A DNA stretch of 64,000 bases from Octopus sinensis. Lineage: Eukaryota. The stretch covers positions 67,828,001 to 67,892,000 of the forward strand of contig NC_043002.1 of the NCBI RefSeq assembly GCF_006345805.1. Reading direction: 5' to 3'. The notes under the pieces were generated by a model that was not told the DNA's origin, did no database searches, and worked only from the letters and a program-made list of their open reading frames with translations. A program made the translations under genes and the position numbers. This document shows, piece by piece, positions 24,089 through 33,380 of the stretch; positions within the stretch are counted from its first letter, which is position 1; each line of letters starts with the position of its first letter.

Positions 24089-25804
24089 TATTGCTATTTA
24101 TGTATCAAAGTAGTATATCATTAATTATTTAGAGTTAATACGGCAAAATTGATGACATTTTTGGAATCAATGTCTAAAAATTTACTCAAGAATAGATTAA
24201 GGTCCCTGAATGCAAGGTGCAACTGAAGTCTCCAGTTTCAACATAAGATTAGATACTTCAGCATATAAAGATGTAAGCTGTATCTACAAAACTAGAGCTG
24301 ATAGGATTAATATCTAAGGGACTAAAATATGTTGTGTTACAGGACAGTATTAATACAGTTGGGTACTTTCAAAGATAATTATTAATAAAATGGAAAATGT
24401 TGTAAAACAAAAACTGATATAATGGGGTGAAAATCTAAATGATTTTTAAGTTCCGCAATCTCAAATTAACCAAAACCATGTCTGAGATATGTCAGTAATA
24501 ATTGTATGACCAAGTTTTCCCTTTCTGAGTCGAATATTTTAACTTTTTGATGCCATCCTGCCTGAGATTTCCTTTGTTCTGACACAAATTTCCTATTTTG
24601 AAGTGATCAAGATTTAAAACCTTCCATCAAAATTTCTTGTTAATTTATGCTTCAAACATCCACTTTAACCCATTTCTTATATTTCCATTGAAATATGTCA
24701 GTAAAGTAAATTTGTCTGGAACTTAAACTGGCATTGAAATTTAATGAAAGGTTTTAACTTAGATCACCTTAAAATGGTTTGTTTGAAAAGGTGTTAAATA
24801 TGACAGTTATTTATCATTATTTACAAAATTGATTAAAAACAAAGGTATATTTGAACATGGTAATATGGTAACAAAGAAGTTAATCCTGACAGCATTTGCT
24901 TGTAGTTTTTATGGTATTAATCAACCAAATTTTTTCAACTATAAACATATAATTTATTTGTATACAGAATAAAGCCATTTTCATAAACATTTAAAAATTA
25001 TGTTTATTTTGCAATTTTATTTTGAGAGGAAAATTATTTACAGTACTTTCACTAGTCAGACATAGGGAAAAAAAGTAACAAGCAAACATTATAAGTTTTT
25101 ATTTATGATGTGTGACAAAAATGTGTAACAAACTGTTAAAAGTAAAAATTAATAATTTAGTAACATGAATGTAAAATAATGCCCCTTTCCCCAATCACTG
25201 TAGAAACAATATAAAATAGATAAAATTAACATTGTTTTAAGAAATATAATTTATTTAGAAGAACAATCTAAATTTGAATCAACAGTGGCAACAACTTAAC
25301 AAACAAAGTATGTGTTTATGTATGCATGAGTATATGTGTATATACATACATATATATATACATATATATATTATATGTAGTGAGTAACTTGTTTGATGAG
25401 CAATTACCCAAAAAAGCTCATCAAATTTTAATTTGGATTAACAAAAGGATTATTTTCAAGGTGAATACATGCTTTCAAATGTTCCTGAAAGACAGTAGTG
25501 TAAGAGTGTAAGTGAACTCCACAAAAGCAGGATCATGCCTCAAAACAGATTGAAAGGCATTCTATACAAATTCCCCATCAAAGAATATGGCTCTGAGGAG
25601 CAACTTACAATACAAAACTTTGTTTTTTTTTTTTTGCATTGGTAAGTTGCAAGAACTCAGATTTGAAACCTTGATGCAGATATATCACTCCTGCTCAGTA
25701 GATTAATAGATGAGTGGTGTTTATATTATGTATTATTGTTTTTCTTATATACATAGTTATATACACATACTTATACATACATATATTTATATACATACAC
25801 ATAC

Positions 25805-25841
<37 letters not shown>

Positions 25842-27431
25842 CATACACACACATATATGTAATGCATATATGTATATACACATAATCACACATAATTTAA
25901 ATAACATTTTGTGCTGTTTACCTTAACTTCCATTGAAGTTTTTATCCTTCACTCGATTTAAACTCACCATTTAAATTATTATTGGCAGGAGTTGCTACTC
26001 TTGGTTTGAAATTTTTGTTTCTCTGACAGGAGCAGCTTCTAAAGAGAATTTTTCACCTTTTTCCCTTCATGACAGAAATTATATTTTACTCCAGAATGGC
26101 TACATTTTATTTGCTGATTATTTACATCAGTTATTCAGTTGAACGGGATTTGATTTTATGTTCGTCTATCATTTCTTGTTTGTTCCCCTAAAAGAATCGC
26201 AAAAATATTTCAAAGAAGGCATTCTTACTGATGAAATATGTGAATTATTTGAACATACTCTGGTATATAGAATTTATACATACATACGTGTGTGTGTGTG
26301 TATAAATAGTGAGAGCTTTTTCTCTGCAGAAGTTATTTGTCCAGAAAAATTCCATGTTTTTATAATTATTATTATTATTATCGATTCATTTTTCACTGTT
26401 TGGGTTTGTTATAGAGTAATTAATTAGCATTAATCAAGAATGATTGCTTATTCACTTTTGTGAGACATTATTAATATTTCTGTATAAATGCTGTATAAAT
26501 CCAGCAATCTTTTAATTGTAAAACAATTAGTTATTTTAATTATTTTAATCCAGGAACCAAATATTTCTGGAAAGGGGTTTACCATACTAGATGTCATTAT
26601 TTCATTTTTACCATTTAACAAGTTTAGCAAATTTTCTTTGTTTTGATTTTCATTTAGCGATATGCTCAAAACTGGTTTTTATTAAAAGAAGAAACAAGAC
26701 TTCTGTTTGAAATTTAGATCACAAAATAGCATTCTGGTTTAAGCAATTTCAAAGATAACTTAATTTACTTGTTTTGTTTTTTTTTTCTTTTTTCTTATCC
26801 ATTTTGCACATTTCATTGAAATAGTATTTTAATAAAAGAACAATCGGCGTTATTCTAAGATATGCAGTAATCCAAGGTATATAATAATTGAAAATTAAAT
26901 GAAAGATTAAATGTAGACTTTAGAGGTAGCTATGAATAAAACTTGATTGATTGAATCTGTAAGTTGCACAGATCATGTCTCTTACTGTTGTTGCAGCTCA
27001 ATGTTATAAAACATTTATGTTTTGCAGAGAGTTGAATCAAGTAAAACAACAGGGATTGAAACAGTACAAAAAGAAATAAATATTCAAAATGTGAAAAATA
27101 AATATGTAAAGGAATTTGTGGTGGGATGGGAGAAATATTATTTCGGTAACAATGGTGAAGCTGCTTTAAATGTCTGCTTGGTGCTAACATACTAGGTTTA
27201 CATAAGTTACATAATCACAGATAGTTTGCAAAAAATAAACTTTTAATAATAAACATAATCTTAATTATTTAAAAAAAAAAAGCAAGCAATATATATAGTT
27301 TTTGTTATGGTTTTGTTTTCTTCTAGTTTTGAAAGAAAATGTCTTTTTTTTTTCCTTTCATGTTTAATGTATTGGGCCCCTATAACCAAGATAAATTAAG
27401 AATGTGATTCTAAACAAAATAAATTAACAAC

Positions 27432-30400
27432 CTACTGTCCTTTCCAGGGGTCAACTTGCATTTTAGCATACATATCGAAAAAACAAATTTGATAGTTTTT
27501 ATCACCGTTATTGTCCCAAAAGACATTATCACCAGCTTGATAACAAACCGCAAACTGCATTTTAGTATTAAAAACTGTCGGTACATTCATTTCAAAGGTG
27601 TACGTTTCATATGGATATGTGTATTCTGTATTAGACAAGCTAGCAGGTACATCTATGCAAGTCTTCCATCCATCAAAACTGCATCGTATAAATACGGTTT
27701 TCTTTACATTTAAATTTTTAACTTTGATGCTACCAGTTAACATGAAGTCCTTATTAAAAACGTGTTCTAAAGCTACAAAGTCTCTCTCAAGGCGGCTTTT
27801 AAAAGTGACATAATCAGCAGCAGGTTTAGAAACATTCAAGCAAATAGCTGATTTTCTAATATGTTTGGTTTCTTTTATAGATGAAGCCACATCCCAAGAG
27901 GAATTACTTGAGAAAGATGTCACACCTTTCTTCAACACACTTGGGTAGCATTTTGGTAACACAGCTTCAGTTTCACTTGAACGGAATTTGGAAAGCATTT
28001 CTTGCTGAATAGTATGGGTTGATACTATTTCATAGTTCTTATTGTCGTTATTGTCCCAATAAGTCTGATCATCACTTTTGTAGCAAACTGCAAAAACAAC
28101 ATGCATGATTTCTTCGAAGGACACTGGCATGGTTAAGGCAAAGCTAAAAGTTTCATATTGATTCGGGAAGCTGCTAGGGGTATGTGTGGCAGGAATATCT
28201 ACGGATGTCTCCCAAAGATTAAATGAGCAACGGAGAAAAACAGATTTCTTATTACCCATTGGTTTTATTTTCACAGTTCCAAGAATTATGTTATTTCGAA
28301 GGAGAACATTTTCAAGTGAAACATATGTCGTTTCAAGTCTGTTACGAAATGTGACATAGTCAGCAGCTGGTTGACGGAAGCGTAGAGAAAAGATTTGTTG
28401 AGTTGCCGGCGCCTCTTTATCATTTGAACTGGACAAATCTATCTGAGAACTTCTAGGTGATGATGATGATGTTGTGGATCCATTTGGTGATGTCATTACA
28501 ATCTTTGGAATATCTGAACTGATGGAACATTTGGATCGATCTGATTGAGCATCTGAGCTGAGTTCTTCCTGTAATTCCTCCATTAAAGCCATTGAAAACA
28601 TCTCACTAGTTTTCAATGTTGACTGACGTCTAAGCTTTGGTGATGGCAAAAGTTCACTGTCATCAGTTTCAATTTGATTTTCATTTTCTTTCAAAGATTT
28701 AGCAAGAATTTCTTTTGTTTCTAAAACCTCTTTAATTTTGGAACTTTTATCTATTGAACAACCACTGTCTTCAGCCTCTTTGTCTTTATTTTCTGACAGT
28801 GTGGTTTCAGTTGTTGGGTCTTGAAGCTGTATACATGAAGGGTCACTGGTAGAATCCGTTGATGAATCTAGAATATTTTCTTCAGTGAATTCATGTTTGA
28901 TATTGTCTGTGGTTTCATCACTTGGTAATTCATTGTCAGACTTTGCTTTCGTTGGTCCTTTCTCTGACTCTGATTCTTGCCTTTGTAATGCATCAGTTTT
29001 GGCAATAGGATAACCAAAATCAGGTTCAAGTATCACTTTTTTCTCTTCGGGATCACTTAAGCTGAAACATTCAAGTTCGTGTGACATCATTCGAGGTAAT
29101 TTGCTTTCAGTTTTGTTTTCATTATTTGAATTATTTTGTTTCTGAGATGAAGGGTGCCTGACTTTACTCAACAAATCAACTCTTACGTCTGATACAGGTG
29201 ATGAACATGAGGCATCAGTATCACTATTGAGGGAAATATCTCTTTTAAATGTCGATAAATCTTTAGCAATGTCTTCAAATTCAAAGGATCCACTCCTGTT
29301 AATCATTGGAGCTGAGTGTGGTATTTGAGGTTTCTTTTTAAACGATGGATGTGTTGTGCCAGTTTTAACATCAGCATCTGTTACTTCGTCTTGGCTACTG
29401 TGACCACTGGATCCTTCTAAAACTGCAAATCTTTTTTCATTGCCTTTCAAAGAGAACTGAGAAAATTCAGAAAAATGTTGATCTCTATCACCAGATGAAT
29501 AATAATCACTTGTAATTGATTGATCTAATAAATCATTATCATATGAAACATGTCCTCCATGCTGGAAGGAATCACTGTCATAAGATGCAAGAAGTTGTTC
29601 ATTGTTGTCTAGGAGGGAAATTCGCTCATTCTCTACGGAACGATCATCGTAACCAGATGAATGAGATATTGCTTCTTCCAGGAAATGTGACTCATTCAGA
29701 TTTGCAAGCAAATTAGTGTCTTCACTAATATCTAAAGAATGAGAACCATCTCTCTGGAAATAAATATTTTCTTCATTCAGATCCAATAATTCACCTCCTG
29801 TTTCACTGACACTCATAAACTCTTCCTTGCTGAATCCTTCTTTTTCAAGAAGTTCTCGAAATTCAAGAAATTCCTCAGGAGGGGACGGAAATTCGTTATC
29901 GTTTTCATTTTCTCGTTGATCGTTATTATCTGGTGTAGCTCTGTTTAAATGGTTCCCATTTTGACTATCTTTTCTGTCATCCTGTGTTTTTTCTACATCT
30001 CCATCATTATCATATGGAAATGTAGAAGAAGAGCATTCACTGGGTGAAAAAGATGGGGCATCATTTTCAAATGATGTCTCTCTCTGGATCTGTTCTTCTT
30101 CTGGGGGCAGGTCAACTGAATCAGATGTGGTGTCAAAATTAGTGGAAGCATTATTATTTGCTAGTTCATCTTCAAATGACACTTTTTTATCAAGAATATA
30201 TTTTCCAAAGGATTTCAGTGGATATTCTCTGAAACTTTCTTGGGTTGTTTCATTTTGAGAAATACATTTTTGAGCATTGTCAATGCAGCTTGACACAGTC
30301 TTATCTGCAAAATCTGATATATTTGTTGGAGAAGAAAATTCCATCAATTTATTCTCTGGTGTCAGGGAATCATGGGAACTGTCAGAATCAGGAAGGAAAA

Positions 30401-31760
30401 GGTCTGTAGAACACACAGTTTCTGAATCAGTAGATAGCTGGCAATTTCTTTTACTTTGTATAGGTGGTGTAGACTCAAGGAATGTTTCTTCATCATCAGC
30501 ATCATGTTCATCGTCATCTTCCCAAAGGTAAGTACGTGAGTCTTGAGGAAGTAATTGTTGTTTTTCTGGGACATTATGATAGCCATCAAAAGAACAAAGA
30601 TCATAAGATTCCTCTGAAAGTGGATTGTCCACAACACGCACTTGGACCATTTTGTCTTCATCTAATGCTGTATAAGAACTGTCTGTGCTGATTTGGAATT
30701 TTGGTTCGCCTCTATTATTAGCTGATTTGTGATATGGATAATCATCATAACCTGGAGTCATATCCCATTTATCTGTCAGGGACTGAGAACTGTCTGTAAA
30801 TGCTTCATTGTTGTGTACCAAAGTAGAAACAATGCATTCCTTGAAAACCTTATAACCTCCATTTGAATCTCTTTTAATAATTGTCTTCTCTTCTTTATGC
30901 AGTGAGCCAGAGCTATGTTTAAAACCCTCGTTAATATAATCTAATACCTTGGGTTTATCATTGGTTTCATCTTCTTTAAAAGTGAAAGATTGATTTCGGA
31001 GACTATCCAGTACACTTCCATTTGCAATGTCAACAAGGACTGATTCATGAATCTTCTCTGGTGGATCAACATTGGCAGTGTTGAGACGTTTGGGCTGTTC
31101 TAAACAGACACAGTTTTGTGAGACTTCAGGCTTCGTTTCTATTATTTTAGCAACTGTGGGAGTAAGTTCAATAACAGGTGACAACCTTACTTCGATAAAA
31201 GGAGGGGTCTCCTCTCTGGCAAAACGGGTACAAAATTCATCATTTGGTGTCTTTTCTCTAATGAAATCTGGTTGGTCTAATTGTCCTTGTTCAGTTGTAT
31301 AAGATACATAAGCTTTCAATGGTGTTCCACCACACTTTTTCGAAAGGATTGGTTGACGGTCATTGATATCAGGGCTGCCATCCTCAATAGACTTGGAAAG
31401 AGATCTGTTTTTAAATCGTTCTTTGAGCTCTTTTATCATAGGATCCTCGCTATATCCTGCAATAGCAGTTGGAGGTTTCGTGTAGACCGGATGAATTAGT
31501 GGATTTGCATTGGAGTTTTTATTAGAATGTGCACAAATTTTTGTCGGCGAAGCAAGGAGCACGTTAATTTTCTCAAAACTGTGCGTCTTTTCTTCATTAC
31601 TCGATTCAGGCTGTCTTTCAATAATATGGAGATCGTGAGGTTTTAACGAAGCAGCGATCGGTGTCTTCTCCTCCAGGGGCTTCGCCGCGGGTTTTGAAAA
31701 GTCACCGTGTTCATCGTCATCAGCATGACAACATCCCATACGAGAGAAATAATTCCCCAT
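27432..31760 (-). CDS. PPP1R3-like glycogen-targeting protein with two tandem C-terminal CBM21 domains, single coding exon, 1442 aa
   Basis: Uninterrupted 4329-nt ORF. There is an in-frame TAA shortly upstream of the ATG and a good Kozak context (agaATGG). Two repeats of (F/L)xxxQ/KPAADYxxFxxRL...VxLEx...GTVxI/VK...VFxRxSF..W...FAVCY......WDNN...NY are the CBM21 signature of the PPP1R3 family. RVxF-type KKVSF at aa 525-529. The exact orthologue cannot be assigned. Confidence 0.9.
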   Translation of the reverse strand: MGNYFSRMGCCHADDDEHGDFSKPAAKPLEEKTPIAASLKPHDLHIIERQPESSNEEKTHSFEKINVLLASPTKICAHSNKNSNANPLIHPVYTKPPTAIAGYSEDPMIKELKERFKNRSLSKSIEDGSPDINDRQPILSKKCGGTPLKAYVSYTTEQGQLDQPDFIREKTPNDEFCTRFAREETPPFIEVRLSPVIELTPTVAKIIETKPEVSQNCVCLEQPKRLNTANVDPPEKIHESVLVDIANGSVLDSLRNQSFTFKEDETNDKPKVLDYINEGFKHSSGSLHKEEKTIIKRDSNGGYKVFKECIVSTLVHNNEAFTDSSQSLTDKWDMTPGYDDYPYHKSANNRGEPKFQISTDSSYTALDEDKMVQVRVVDNPLSEESYDLCSFDGYHNVPEKQQLLPQDSRTYLWEDDDEHDADDEETFLESTPPIQSKRNCQLSTDSETVCSTDLFLPDSDSSHDSLTPENKLMEFSSPTNISDFADKTVSSCIDNAQKCISQNETTQESFREYPLKSFGKYILDKKVSFEDELANNNASTNFDTTSDSVDLPPEEEQIQRETSFENDAPSFSPSECSSSTFPYDNDGDVEKTQDDRKDSQNGNHLNRATPDNNDQRENENDNEFPSPPEEFLEFRELLEKEGFSKEEFMSVSETGGELLDLNEENIYFQRDGSHSLDISEDTNLLANLNESHFLEEAISHSSGYDDRSVENERISLLDNNEQLLASYDSDSFQHGGHVSYDNDLLDQSITSDYYSSGDRDQHFSEFSQFSLKGNEKRFAVLEGSSGHSSQDEVTDADVKTGTTHPSFKKKPQIPHSAPMINRSGSFEFEDIAKDLSTFKRDISLNSDTDASCSSPVSDVRVDLLSKVRHPSSQKQNNSNNENKTESKLPRMMSHELECFSLSDPEEKKVILEPDFGYPIAKTDALQRQESESEKGPTKAKSDNELPSDETTDNIKHEFTEENILDSSTDSTSDPSCIQLQDPTTETTLSENKDKEAEDSGCSIDKSSKIKEVLETKEILAKSLKENENQIETDDSELLPSPKLRRQSTLKTSEMFSMALMEELQEELSSDAQSDRSKCSISSDIPKIVMTSPNGSTTSSSSPRSSQIDLSSSNDKEAPATQQIFSLRFRQPAADYVTFRNRLETTYVSLENVLLRNNIILGTVKIKPMGNKKSVFLRCSFNLWETSVDIPATHTPSSFPNQYETFSFALTMPVSFEEIMHVVFAVCYKSDDQTYWDNNDNKNYEIVSTHTIQQEMLSKFRSSETEAVLPKCYPSVLKKGVTSFSSNSSWDVASSIKETKHIRKSAICLNVSKPAADYVTFKSRLERDFVALEHVFNKDFMLTGSIKVKNLNVKKTVFIRCSFDGWKTCIDVPASLSNTEYTYPYETYTFEMNVPTVFNTKMQFAVCYQAGDNVFWDNNGDKNYQICFFDMYAKMQVDPWKGQ

Positions 31761-32357
31761 TCTTCTTTATTATTACACAGAAGAATCTAAAAAAATAAAA
31801 CAAACACAATAAAAATTTTGCGACAAACAAAAACCACGTTCGGCAATGCCGAAAATAAACGTCCTTGAGGTAAACTACACTGTCAGGAAGCAACGTCAAG
31901 GTCACTGATGTTTTTCTCTACAACACTAACACAGCATCGCTAGCGCAGACATGTGTTTATAATAGACCTGTTGAACGGCACCAGTAGACACAATCATCCT
32001 TCCCACAAAATTAAAATTTTGATGAATATTATAATGATGAAGAGGGGGAAACATCATATCCAATAAGAAATAACGATAATGTAATTTTATCAATGAAATT
32101 ACTACCTTGAAAACGGAAAAGTAATCGATAAAAAATGTGAAACGGAAATTGTTCGATCCACAATTTACGTACATAAAAGCGTATTTTTTCTCTCTCTAAT
32201 TATATCGTTTTAGTTTTAATTTTACATTCCGTCACTGTCAATTTTTTTTTACCCGTTAGTATTATGTAAAGCAATGTTTTTATTATCATAATTAGTAGAT
32301 TCCTTAACACATTCCTCTTGAGTACCCGTATAGCTTTACCTACTAATATACCCAGTC

Positions 32358-32360
<3 letters not shown>

Positions 32361-32403
<43 letters not shown>
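32361..32403. repeat. (CT)n microsatellite
   Basis: About 21 perfect units. Confidence 0.95.
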
Positions 32404-32406
<3 letters not shown>

Positions 32407-32692
32407 CACACACTCTCTCTCTAGCGTTCTTCTATCAATGACCGTGATGAGATTATAATTAATAAATCATACATGCAGTAATATAAACAAGCAACGTTAT
32501 TACTGTGGGGCGACATTAAAAGAGATATGGGTATAGAGTCGGTTTTTATTTTTTTACGTGAGATGAGTTCTAGATTCACTTGTAGCGGCACAATCCATTA
32601 TACACTCACTGCACCATCTTAACCCTTCGTCTTTCAGACACTGACCAAAAACTCATTAAAATAAAAAAAATTTTAAATGCCATATATCTACC

Positions 32693-32695
<3 letters not shown>

Positions 32696-32737
<42 letters not shown>

Positions 32738-32747
32738 AGAGAGAGAG
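32696..32747. repeat. (GA)n microsatellite
   Basis: About 18 perfect units plus an interrupted extension. Confidence 0.95.
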
Positions 32748-32957
32748 CACGCATAGGAAAAAAACAACAACAAAAAAATCTACTGCAAGATTCGATTACT
32801 AACTGGAAATGAATGCACTGTCAAAATTCAGTTACTTACCGAGGGTACTTCTCGTTGGTAAATAATGTCGCATGTTTAACGGTGACAACGGCGACCGCAC
32901 AATATCCGTGTCTTTTTTTGGCATTTAGCAAAGCAGCAATTAGACCTGAAATGCGGT

Positions 32958-33380
32958 TTGTTCGGTTCCCATCTAAGTTGCTCTTTCTGCTCCTCTGCTC
33001 TCTCTTCCTCTTTCCCTCTGTATATCCGTCTCTTCGAGATTTCAGCTTCAGTTAATTGCCCAAGCTGTCTGCTGTGATCACGTGACCCGCAAGCAGCTGA
33101 TAGTTGCCACTCAGTATTTGGCAATAGAGCCGAAAGCATCCTAACTTTCACTTTTGGTGCATTGTGTTCGGTTCCATCAGAAGTTGCTCTTGCTTCTTCT
33201 CTGCTCTCTCTCGCTTCTTCTTTGCCTCCGTATATCCTCTCTCTTCGAGATTTCAGCTTCTCTTAATTGCCCAAGCTTGTCTGCCGTGATCACGTGACCC
33301 GCAACCAGCTGATATCTATAGTTGCCAGTCAGTATTTGGCAATAAAGCCGAAAGCATCATAACTTTCACTTTTGATGCAT
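32958..33380. promoter_or_regulatory. Tandem duplication (period 212 bp), each copy with ATCACGTGAC (CLEAR/USF-type E-box) and CAGCTG
   Basis: Copies at about 32958-33163 and 33164-33380. Motifs at 33077-33086 and 33289-33298; CAGCTG at 33094-33099 and 33306-33311. The duplication is seen directly; the regulatory role is inferred. Confidence 0.6.

Noticed and set aside
27456-31499. Short + strand ORFs overlapping the PPP1R3-like CDS
   Set aside because: They are antisense shadows of the long ORF.
27432-31760. Intronless 4.3-kb CDS as a retrogene or horizontal transfer
   Set aside because: Single coding exons are common in the PPP1R3 family. There is no poly(A)/TSD scar, composition is host-like, and a probable 5'UTR acceptor lies at 31787.
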